This document shows positions 1-8,210 of a stretch of DNA of 64,000 bases, in pieces. The notes under the pieces were generated by a model. The model did not search any database. It worked only from the letters and a program-made list of their open reading frames with translations, and was not told the DNA's origin. A program made the position numbers and the translations under genes. Every line of letters begins with the position of its first letter. The stretch's first letter is position 1. This stretch comes from a virus. Location of the stretch: positions 1-64,000 of the IMG/VR virus record IMGVR_UViG_3300024999_000004. One strand, written 5' to 3'.

Positions 1-3000
1 TCTGTTCCGTTCATGGCCGCAAGAGCGGGGGCACCTATCCCTGGAATATTGAGTTCACTGCCCGCAACATAAGCCCACACGGTACCGTTCCAACGATACA
101 TGCGGAGATCTCCGTTAGTTGCATCGATAAATGCCGCCTCAGTAGCACTCATGGCCGCAAGAGCGGGGGCACCTATCCCCGCAATATTCAGGTCCACCCC
201 CACCTGCTGACCTCCGCCCCACTGCACCCCACCCCCTTGGGAGCCTTCAAACTCCATGCCAGCGACCTTGCAGGAGCCGCTGGCCGAGATATAAAACCCA
301 GACTTAGTCCCATCAATAGTCGAGCCGCTTTCGTCATACCTGTCGCCTCCTCTCATGCTTCCGCCCGTCAATATTTTCACATACTTCGCAAAGAGCCTGT
401 AGATCATTGCTTCTATGTACGTTGTCCCTTCCGTAATCACAATAGGGGTAGCCAGACAATTGAGCCTGAAGATATCTTCAAGTGCTGCAGAGCGCATCTC
501 TCCTGTGACTCCTGTCTGTGTCCAAGCACTTCCGCTCCACAGGAAAGTTGCAAGAGTAGAGACTCCGGCATTGTAGTAGTTAAGCATCCAGTCATTGACG
601 TTCGGAGTTATCGTGGTTGTGGCTGTTACCGTTCCATTCACGGTTATCACGCCCCCGACAAAGGTGGAGGCGGACACTTCATAGCCTGCGAAGTTCGCGG
701 TTCCTGTAGCCGCGAGACGGCCTATTCCCCTATAACGCGGAGCATTGGACGCTACTATTGTTGTTGCAGTCCCCCCTATCGACACCCCGTCAACGATCCA
801 GCTTGTCGTGTACTTGTACCACTGAGAAGTGGTCGTCATATACACCGTATCCCCGTATATTTCCCCGGTAAGCGCCGCCAGCTCGGTAGAGTTTGCAACG
901 TCTCCGTACTGCTTGGCTTTTATCCGCACGGAGTTTTCAAGAGTTACGGAAGGCGCGGCAACCGTGCAACGATAGATCAGAAGAGGCCCGGTGGAATCGT
1001 CAAGAAATTCATCACCAATGACGGCGTTGTTTGTTGCGTTCGCCACCGCAAGGGAAGCCCATACCGCAGTCTTGTCCACCGCAATGGACCCCGCCCCCTC
1101 CCCCTGCGTCAGCGCCATATCCACAGCCTGCGCTCCGGGGCTCTGCTGTGCGTAGTTCCTCTCTATCGTATTGACCACGGCCCTCACCACAGGAGCCGGA
1201 ACCAAAGAAGCATTCTTCGTGATCCTTGAGTTATGTGCGCCTATTCCGGCCTCCGCCGTATAGACCGCTGCGTTGTATTCCACCAACGTCAGCTTTGCGG
1301 AGAAATCGTCATTCAACTCGGTGGCGACAACCAAAGCTTCCGTGGATTCAAAAGCAGTCTCCCCGAAGAAAACAAGTTGCCCCGACTCAACTGCGGAGGT
1401 AAGAACACCGACAGGAGTGACGGTATTTGAAAGCGAGGTTCCGGGGTTGCTTATGGTCGCATACTCACTTCCGGTCGCAGTCCTTATTCTGACACAGTAA
1501 CTCTCCCCTGTCGTATACTGAAACAGTTCATCCGCAATGAAGGAGCTTACGTTCCCGCCGCTCCCGTACGTTACGCTCTTGATCCTTCCCTGACCCAAGC
1601 CCCAAAGCGGAACGTCATGGGACACCCGCACAAGATCCCCTCTGGTGACGACAAGGGATTCAAAATCTTGGCTGACCGTGAAGGTTTCAGGGCGGAGTCT
1701 TCGGCACGCGAGAAGGTAGCGACCGAACTTCTTGACGGTAGCTGAATCCGTGATTCCAAGGTCTTTCACGGAAAGCGATTCGAATTCGGATGCAAGAGTA
1801 TAGGCCCCGTCCGCAGTCCTGTCGGTTCCGGCGTAATCTTTTAATATCCCATCGCCATCGGTATCCCACTTGTAGCCGTCGTCAAGGACGACCATCTCAT
1901 CTTCAGCCCAGTTCTCCGCCGCGTTGATGAACTTGATCTTGTAAGCATGAGGCATCTTCTCGAAGCTCTTGGCTCCGGTGAACCCCCATGAATTTCTCGG
2001 GGAGATGTGCTGTACAATAGTCGTCTGTGCTTTGTCCGTAACACTTGAGTACAGCCCATCCTTCAGCGTTAGTGAGGAACGGCAGGATGCAAGGATCTCC
2101 GTGAGCATCTGCCGCAGGGTTGTATCGGAAGTGTAGACACGGTTGAACTGGAAAGCGTTCGTCACGCAATAGGCGTACAAAACCCCAAGCTCGGCAAGGT
2201 CTATCTTCGTTGTATCCGTGATCGGTCTCGGATTGATGGGGCCGGTCAAAGCATGGAGGAACGCCGCAGCAGGGTTCGTACTCAGAGTCTCATCGGCATT
2301 GACTGCCCAGTCCGTTATCGCGGAACCCGCGCCGTCATAGGTCCGGTACACCTGCTCGACAACGCAATTGAGTTTCTCGATTGATCCGGACAGGGACTCG
2401 GAGGCCCGGGCCTTGACCGCAAGGAAGCACACGCCCTTCATGTCGTCGTCGGATAAGCCTATGGTATCCTGGCCTGTGATGGAGCGGAGGGCAGACCAGA
2501 CCACGGCGTCCGTACGGTCGCTGTTCTGCGCATCGAAGGTTTCCCTCTGTACGCGGACCTCATACTGCCCGGAAGTCAAGCCCGTCTTGGTTCCGGTGTA
2601 CCGGATTGTGTGGGGTATTTGTTTGGTGAAGACTCCCGAGGAGGAGCCGGAGAACGCCGTGCCTTCGATCCATGGGACGGAGTCTTTCAGGCGGTAGTAC
2701 CACTTTACGGTTGTGGTACAGTTCTGTCTGTCCCCTTCGTTCCAGCCTATGAGTCCGGAAGGGAACTCAATCTCCACTGCAATGGAGGTGGTCTTCTTGG
2801 AGGTCTCTATGGAGGGAGAGGAAGACGACCAGTATTGTGCGAGACCGGTGGCTGCTTCCGTCACAAGAGTCCCGGAGCCGGATACCTTGAATGAAAGGCC
2901 GTTGGGGGCTACGTAGGAAACGGGGAAGGTCCACGAATTCGTGGGGCTGTCGTAGGTGACAAAATCCCCGACCTGCAAGGCACCATACTTTACGTCGTCG

Positions 3001-4232
3001 TCGTAGGAGAGGAAGCTTCCGGAGTTCCGTGTTATTGTGCGCGTGGAGGAGTCCACAGCGAAGGTGAGGGAGCTGGCTCCTTGGTAGGCGGTTATGTTGG
3101 CGGTCTCGGGGGTTATTTTCCCTGATTCTGTGGTGGAGTAAAAGGTAGAGCCGTAGACCGAACGGAAACCAAAAGCTCCGTTGAATGCGGGATTGGTATA
3201 CCCGCTGATATTCACGGGACCTGCGGTGGACTCCAAGCCGGACCAAAAACCACTTGTGCCTGCAAAGTTGAGATAGCGTATTCCTGCACTTTGAGAAACA
3301 CCTGTAGTTACGCTACCTGTAAATATCTTGGCTCCTACCGTTGCCCCCTGCTCCGCTCTCCACCTTTCAAGAGGAAGATTGAGATTCTGCTCCTTGATAA
3401 CCTTCCCTACCCCAAGAAGATCAAGATACGTTTTGCTTGAAGCTGACCCCTGATGGATAGAGACTTCGACCGTACCCACTGTTCCTGTGGTAACATCGAT
3501 CTGGGAGGCTGCGTCTATGGTATTGCGTCTGTCTCCTGCGTTGGAGGCAACAACAGAGTCCCCAAATTTGATGTCGGAGACCTTCACACTTCCGTCGGAC
3601 CTTGTCTTGTCCGCATAGCCGAGAGCGAAGAGCATGTGAACGTACTTGTCTTCCCCATCCGTACCGGATATCGAGGTATGAGGAGTTGTCCAATAAGAAG
3701 GGGTAAGAAGGTGCTTTCCGAAAATTATAGGAACGGGGGCGTCCTGCTCGGCTGAGTTGGAGGCTCCGGATACGTCCTTGCGGCGATCTGTGCTTCGGTC
3801 TCCGGTATCCGTGGCTGTTTCCGCCCATGCGGACATAACCATGCTGCTTCCTATGGACATCATGGCATAGCCTACGACGGCTCCGAAGCCAGTCCAGCCC
3901 AAAACCCCTACACCTATTGCACCGATTCCTGCAATGAGCGCGCCACTTCCTATAAGGAGTGCATCCCAAAAGCTTTCATCTTTTGTGCCCGAGGAGTTCG
4001 GGCTTATTCCAGCAGGCACGACACGGACAAGAAGAGTATCTTCTCCCCCCAATAGCGTAGCTTCAAACGACTCCTCGGGCAACCTGTCATCATTCAGCAC
4101 TACAAACAAAGAGCTTTCTTTCTTCAGCCCTTCTATTGAATCCAGAGCCTGCCTTACGGAGAGCCCTTCCGCAACTTCGAGAATCTTCCGCTCCGACATC
4201 AGGGGGTGAAGAAAGGCGACTACTCTGGGCAT
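1..4232 (-). CDS. Large central tail-tip / host-specificity protein (lambda J-like with N-terminal I-like region), truncated at window edge, >1400 aa
   Basis: Absent from the ORF track because it has no stop in the window. I read it open from ATG 4232 (RBS AGGAG; MPRVVAFLHP) through PVPIIFGKH, TNPAAAFLHALTG and RLRPETF...VTRGDLVRVSHD, motifs typical of J-like tip proteins. It follows the NlpC/P60 gene. Confidence 0.85.
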   Translation of the reverse strand, partial: MPRVVAFLHPLMSERKILEVAEGLSVRQALDSIEGLKKESSLFVVLNDDRLPEESFEATLLGGEDTLLVRVVPAGISPNSSGTKDESFWDALLIGSGALIAGIGAIGVGVLGWTGFGAVVGYAMMSIGSSMVMSAWAETATDTGDRSTDRRKDVSGASNSAEQDAPVPIIFGKHLLTPSYWTTPHTSISGTDGEDKYVHMLFALGYADKTRSDGSVKVSDIKFGDSVVASNAGDRRNTIDAASQIDVTTGTVGTVEVSIHQGSASSKTYLDLLGVGKVIKEQNLNLPLERWRAEQGATVGAKIFTGSVTTGVSQSAGIRYLNFAGTSGFWSGLESTAGPVNISGYTNPAFNGAFGFRSVYGSTFYSTTESGKITPETANITAYQGASSLTFAVDSSTRTITRNSGSFLSYDDDVKYGALQVGDFVTYDSPTNSWTFPVSYVAPNGLSFKVSGSGTLVTEAATGLAQYWSSSSPSIETSKKTTSIAVEIEFPSGLIGWNEGDRQNCTTTVKWYYRLKDSVPWIEGTAFSGSSSGVFTKQIPHTIRYTGTKTGLTSGQYEVRVQRETFDAQNSDRTDAVVWSALRSITGQDTIGLSDDDMKGVCFLAVKARASESLSGSIEKLNCVVEQVYRTYDGAGSAITDWAVNADETLSTNPAAAFLHALTGPINPRPITDTTKIDLAELGVLYAYCVTNAFQFNRVYTSDTTLRQMLTEILASCRSSLTLKDGLYSSVTDKAQTTIVQHISPRNSWGFTGAKSFEKMPHAYKIKFINAAENWAEDEMVVLDDGYKWDTDGDGILKDYAGTDRTADGAYTLASEFESLSVKDLGITDSATVKKFGRYLLACRRLRPETFTVSQDFESLVVTRGDLVRVSHDVPLWGLGQGRIKSVTYGSGGNVSSFIADELFQYTTGESYCVRIRTATGSEYATISNPGTSLSNTVTPVGVLTSAVESGQLVFFGETAFESTEALVVATELNDDFSAKLTLVEYNAAVYTAEAGIGAHNSRITKNASLVPAPVVRAVVNTIERNYAQQSPGAQAVDMALTQGEGAGSIAVDKTAVWASLAVANATNNAVIGDEFLDDSTGPLLIYRCTVAAPSVTLENSVRIKAKQYGDVANSTELAALTGEIYGDTVYMTTTSQWYKYTTSWIVDGVSIGGTATTIVASNAPRYRGIGRLAATGTANFAGYEVSASTFVGGVITVNGTVTATTTITPNVNDWMLNYYNAGVSTLATFLWSGSAWTQTGVTGEMRSAALEDIFRLNCLATPIVITEGTTYIEAMIYRLFAKYVKILTGGSMRGGDRYDESGSTIDGTKSGFYISASGSCKVAGMEFEGSQGGGVQWGGGQQVGVDLNIAGIGAPALAAMSATEAAFIDATNGDLRMYRWNGTVWAYVAGSELNIPGIGAPALAAMNGT
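11..179. repeat. 31-bp perfect direct repeat (11-41 and 149-179), 138-bp period, encoding 46-aa repeats (GIGAPALAAM) in the tail-tip C-terminus
   Basis: TCATGGCCGCAAGAGCGGGGGCACCTATCCC occurs twice. Confidence 0.9.
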
Positions 4233-4255
4233 GTTGTCTCCTGCTAAAAGCGATA

Positions 4256-4651
4256 CTATAAGCGGTAAAACCCTCTGACCCTGGATGCAATCCTTATGTC
4301 GGAAAGGCGGGAAAGACGCGAGGAATCCCGCCCGAGGATATCTGAATGTAGCACGTTATTGGGGGCCACGTAAAGGCCGACGTGACAAGGAAATCCACGA
4401 AAGGTCATAAGAACAATGTCGCCTTCGGCGGGGACATCGACTTTCGTCGGGCGGAGGGATGTTATCGCGTTATCGACCACTTCGGCCAGCCACTCCTTTT
4501 CCGGCTCCCCGTAAGAACTGGCAAAAGAAGGAAGGTCTTTTCCATATTCGTTTTTGAGAACCAGTCTGACGAGGCCCCAGCAATCGCAGCCTTCCAGTGT
4601 ACGCCCGTGAGGGACAAAGGGTATTCCGGTATATAAGGATACGTTCAGCAT
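4256..4651 (-). CDS. NlpC/P60 tail tip assembly protein (lambda K-like)
   Basis: GIPF..GR...GCDCWGLV and HVGLY...VLH catalytic motifs; position in the tail-tip module. Confidence 0.9.
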   Translation of the reverse strand: MLNVSLYTGIPFVPHGRTLEGCDCWGLVRLVLKNEYGKDLPSFASSYGEPEKEWLAEVVDNAITSLRPTKVDVPAEGDIVLMTFRGFPCHVGLYVAPNNVLHSDILGRDSSRLSRLSDIRIASRVRGFYRL

Positions 4652-4666
4652 AACCACCCTTATGTT

Positions 4667-5176
4667 CTAGCCAAACAACCCCGGAGCGTTCTGCGCGGTA
4701 GCCCGTACCGGCCCCATCTGGTTATCAAGTCTGTCCTCGTATACGAGATCCCCGGATACCGTGTTCACGTCGTATGTGACGGCTTTCAAAGAATATTCCC
4801 AAGGCACCATCTCCTCGAAATCCCCCACGCCGTCATTGGGAAAGAACATGGCACGGGCTCGTATTGTCGGGGAGTTTACGAGGATTCGTATGGCCGAAAT
4901 AACGAGCTGATCGACGGCGGATATGGTTATCCTTGCATTTGTTATGCTATCGTCAGTTTCTCCTGGATACTGGATGGAGAAGGGGAAGGGAAGATACACA
5001 TGACCGCTATAAGTGATGGATTCGGTGTTGTTGCAAAAGTAGATTGTGTCCGCTCCGACCAGAGTTGCGAACGCGGCCTCCGCCGAGTATATTTCAAGGA
5101 GAGTAGGGGTCTGCGCGAATGTCTGTGCCGCCTGCATTGCCAACTTGGCGGCGGCGGAAATTGTGGCTCGGCTCAA
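4667..5176 (-). CDS. Minor tail protein (L-like / DUF1833-type)
   Basis: Y.PFPFSIQYPGE...ARITISAVDQ pattern; lies between Dit-like and NlpC genes. Confidence 0.75.
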   Translation of the reverse strand: MSRATISAAAKLAMQAAQTFAQTPTLLEIYSAEAAFATLVGADTIYFCNNTESITYSGHVYLPFPFSIQYPGETDDSITNARITISAVDQLVISAIRILVNSPTIRARAMFFPNDGVGDFEEMVPWEYSLKAVTYDVNTVSGDLVYEDRLDNQMGPVRATAQNAPGLFG

Positions 5177-5517
5177 GGTAATACCTCCAACGAAAGAGAA
5201 GCAACCAACTCAAATCCGAGCAACGGAAGGTCCGGGGGCTCCAGGAATCTCACGGACAGGGAACCCCCTGTCAAAGGATCGGTGTAATCGAAGGGAATTG
5301 CCCCTCCGGCCAAAGTGTCGTAATAGAGGGTATCAAGAATAGTCTTCTGTGCGCGGGAAAGCCTTAAACTATGAGTTACCGCAGTGGGAACGGCAGAGTA
5401 TCTCCTTCGCTCTACAGTGGGCTCACCCTCCTTGGACCTGAGAACTCCGTCTGCGCTCTGCTCGGAGAAGTTGTCCTGAAGGGGAAGGGCAGGCAATGTT
5501 GAAGGCCAAGCAGCCAT
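5173..5517 (-). CDS. Distal tail (Dit / lambda M-like) protein
   Basis: WPSTLP...VLRS...RRR...FDYTDP...VRF..PP, 114 aa, strong RBS AAGGAGG. Confidence 0.75.
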   Translation of the reverse strand: MAAWPSTLPALPLQDNFSEQSADGVLRSKEGEPTVERRRYSAVPTAVTHSLRLSRAQKTILDTLYYDTLAGGAIPFDYTDPLTGGSLSVRFLEPPDLPLLGFELVASLSLEVLP

Positions 5518-5579
5518 TTAGACAGCCCTCCTTTTGAAATTTCCGGCGCTAGGTGGTGACTTCGCCCCATACTGTACGC

Positions 5580-6410
5580 TCAACTTGTCGCCCGCACAAC
5601 AATACTTGCAATGAACTCCTGCCCATTCGGCGTATACCTCGGAGCCCCTACAAACTTGACTGAGGAGGTAGCCTCAGTATAAGGGTTCGGCCATGTAAAA
5701 GCAACCGTTCCGTGCAAGGTATCGTACCTCCAGAACTCGTCCAACAATACTTTCATCGCTTTGTCCACAGCATACGCACAAGTATAGCTCGCGGGAGACC
5801 ATGTATGCCGGACCCGGATCTTGTCATAGCCTGTATCCATCTTCGACCTTATGGTTCTGGGAGGAATGGCTTCGGATGCGGAAATCGGAAATTGCGGAAG
5901 TACAACGTAGGCGGAAGGCGACAAATAGATTCCCATGAAATCGGCAGGCATAAGCACAGAAGAATACCGCCTGAACTCGTCGATGACGCCGTTGCTGTTG
6001 CTTGTAGGGCTCAAGGTCCCCGAAGGAGCCAAAGTGGCGGAAGGAGCCAACGTTGCGGAGGGCGCAAGACCCGCAGTAGCGTACACGAATCCAGCGGGGC
6101 CGTTTCCGAGTACTCCTGTCGGGTAGGTGGTTTGGTCAAGAAATACAGCAGAACTCAATACAGGGAGGCCGTTGGCATAGACAGAGAGATTGGTTCCCGA
6201 TCTCGTATAGCCTAAAGAGTACCACGTAGCGTCAGCCATCACCGTCTGCGGAGAGGGGGCCGTGAAGGCTCCGTTTATTATGGCCCCGAGGTATCTGGTC
6301 GTCGGGTGGATTGCGAGGGGGCAATCATGCCGAAGCAATGGGGAGGTGAGGATTCGGTAGCTTCCTGCTACGTTGGTGCCTTTGTAGGAGAAGACTATGG
6401 ATTCAGACAT
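5580..6410 (-). CDS. Tail protein: C-terminal part of a LamG/ConA domain plus a Dit-like domain
   Basis: WYSLGYTRSGTNLSVYANG...GVIDEFRRYSSVL (LamG) followed by IRSKMDTG...FTWPNP...VKF...P (Dit-like); internal LAPSAT repeats. Confidence 0.7.
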   Translation of the reverse strand: MSESIVFSYKGTNVAGSYRILTSPLLRHDCPLAIHPTTRYLGAIINGAFTAPSPQTVMADATWYSLGYTRSGTNLSVYANGLPVLSSAVFLDQTTYPTGVLGNGPAGFVYATAGLAPSATLAPSATLAPSGTLSPTSNSNGVIDEFRRYSSVLMPADFMGIYLSPSAYVVLPQFPISASEAIPPRTIRSKMDTGYDKIRVRHTWSPASYTCAYAVDKAMKVLLDEFWRYDTLHGTVAFTWPNPYTEATSSVKFVGAPRYTPNGQEFIASIVVRATS

Positions 6411-6423
6411 TATGATACTCCAC

Positions 6424-7911
6424 TCACGATATCCTCTTCACGAGTACGGTAAGGTTTGCGCTCGCGGTTCCTGTTGCGGCGGCTCCGGCTGCGGTGGTCC
6501 CGAGCTTGACGGAGTTGATCGTGGCACCGTAGGTAAGGATCGTCCAGAAGTAGGTTCCGGAGCCTGCGGGCATTGTCAGAGTGCCTCCGCTTGCCACGTC
6601 TATCGCCGTCTGGTAGCCAACGGAACCTGCGGTGACTATGCTCGCAGGGTCCGTGCTTGCGAGGAATCCTGTACTGCTGTAGACGGCACGCGCATTCGGA
6701 ACCGCCGTCGCCGCGTCAATAACGGCACTGGGCTTGAAGGCTCCGGGGTTCTGGTACAGGGACCAGATTTCCTCTGCGGAGAGGGCGCGGTTGTAGATGC
6801 GGGGGTCGGTCTCTGTTGTTTCTACTAAACCAAAATTGCTGGTAGCTTGGTAGCACCCAAAATAGAGGGTTCCCGTTGTGGGAATCACGGGAGTGGTCAA
6901 TGTCGTTGTCCCGAAGTATACCCCGTTACGGTATGCCAGCACTACTCCGGTGGACCAGTTAATTACTATGCCATATGTCATTGCCGTAGTATCAAAGGAT
7001 GTAAAAAAGCTGCTGAAACTGTACTCCACTCTGGCAGATCCATTCCAGTAACTCAGGATCAGGTTGTTCGTGCTCAGAGCACGATATACCCATAAATGCG
7101 CCCCGGACACGGCCCCGACATTCAATATTCCTACTGACTGGACAGCACCAACCCCACCGGAAATTTTCCATGAGTGAAAACAAAAAACAGATGGCATGAT
7201 GAAATTATCTACCTTCGTGTAATCATTTGTTCCGTCCCGCCTCAGCCCCCTCCCCGCCATCGTATTGACCGGAGTCGCACCGTACACCGTGCCGTGGTTC
7301 CCGGAGCCCGAGGCATCAAGGGCAAGGGAGGAGTAGGTGCCGTCGCCGACGTAGATGAAAGACACGGATACCGGATTTGCATTGTTTGTCGTAGAGTTGA
7401 AAAGCAACTCTACGTCAGTAAAACTGGCTCCGGTGGTGATGTCAGTGACTCCGCTCGTCTGCCCCGCGATGGATTTGGTGACATGCGTCCCCGCTCCCGA
7501 GGTCCCTATCTCAAGAGTCGTCAGATCAGTTTGGGCGCAAGACCATTTGACGCGCACGGTTTTCGACGACACCGCGAGAGCTTTGTTCGCGCGAACAAAT
7601 GTTGTCGGGGCCGCTCCTGCGGTAAGCACCAATTTGTCAGAAGCGGCGGTGACGACGGTATCCGTCCCCATCGTGGCCCAGCCGTCCACGGTCGAGAACT
7701 TGATAGTCAGATAGGTAGGGGAAGGCCCATCCGGCCACTCGGGCAGGCCCCCGAGGGCAGGGGCGCAGATGAGGCCGGAGAGGAGGGATTTCTGTTCGTT
7801 CAATCTGTCCACCGTATCAACCATGGCGTTAAGATTCAATTCATCCACAGGTACGGTGAAACTATCATTATCGAAGACTCCGGGCTTTGTTCCGACCCAA
7901 GGTGTTGCCAT
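6424..7911 (-). CDS. LamG/concanavalin-like domain tail protein (putative receptor binding)
   Basis: ALDASGSGNHGTVYGAT...DGTNDY...AYRNG...RIYNRALSAEEIWSLY is a LamG-3 signature. Confidence 0.8.
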   Translation of the reverse strand: MATPWVGTKPGVFDNDSFTVPVDELNLNAMVDTVDRLNEQKSLLSGLICAPALGGLPEWPDGPSPTYLTIKFSTVDGWATMGTDTVVTAASDKLVLTAGAAPTTFVRANKALAVSSKTVRVKWSCAQTDLTTLEIGTSGAGTHVTKSIAGQTSGVTDITTGASFTDVELLFNSTTNNANPVSVSFIYVGDGTYSSLALDASGSGNHGTVYGATPVNTMAGRGLRRDGTNDYTKVDNFIMPSVFCFHSWKISGGVGAVQSVGILNVGAVSGAHLWVYRALSTNNLILSYWNGSARVEYSFSSFFTSFDTTAMTYGIVINWSTGVVLAYRNGVYFGTTTLTTPVIPTTGTLYFGCYQATSNFGLVETTETDPRIYNRALSAEEIWSLYQNPGAFKPSAVIDAATAVPNARAVYSSTGFLASTDPASIVTAGSVGYQTAIDVASGGTLTMPAGSGTYFWTILTYGATINSVKLGTTAAGAAATGTASANLTVLVKRIS

Positions 7912-7933
7912 ATACTCACTCTCCTAAAAATCG

Positions 7934-8146
7934 CTACAAAAGTATTCTTGACGCAGCGTTCGTAAAATCTCCGCCGTTCCCGCTTATTCCTTCAACGAGA
8001 GCCACGGAAGTCACGGTGCCATCGTCATCATATCCCGAATCGTCCTGCCCCGCAACAACGTTGAAGGAGAAATACTGTACCAGATTTGGTACGGAGACTT
8101 CAGCTCCCGATATCAGGCGTGCTGCGAGATCATAGGGCCAGTCCAT
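7934..8146 (-). CDS. Short tail ORF: Dit-like WP start plus N-terminal strands of a LamG domain
   Basis: MDWPYDL...LVQYFSFN...DDSGYDDDGT...GISGNGGDF; RBS AAGGAG. Confidence 0.65.
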   Translation of the reverse strand: MDWPYDLAARLISGAEVSVPNLVQYFSFNVVAGQDDSGYDDDGTVTSVALVEGISGNGGDFTNAASRILL

Positions 8147-8162
8147 AATATCGGCTCCTTAC

Positions 8163-8210
8163 AAAGAAAAAAGGAAGAATTGCGGCCCTTTCAGTAGAAG
8201 GGGACGCAGG
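8163..8210 (-). terminator. Probable intrinsic terminator after tape measure gene
   Basis: TGCG.CCCTT...AAGGG.CGCA stem followed by TTCTTCCTTTTTTCTTT on the minus strand. Confidence 0.55.

Noticed and set aside
1-200. Diversity-generating retroelement VR/TR pair
   Set aside because: Both repeats are in frame in one ORF, differences are not adenine-specific, and no reverse transcriptase is in the window.
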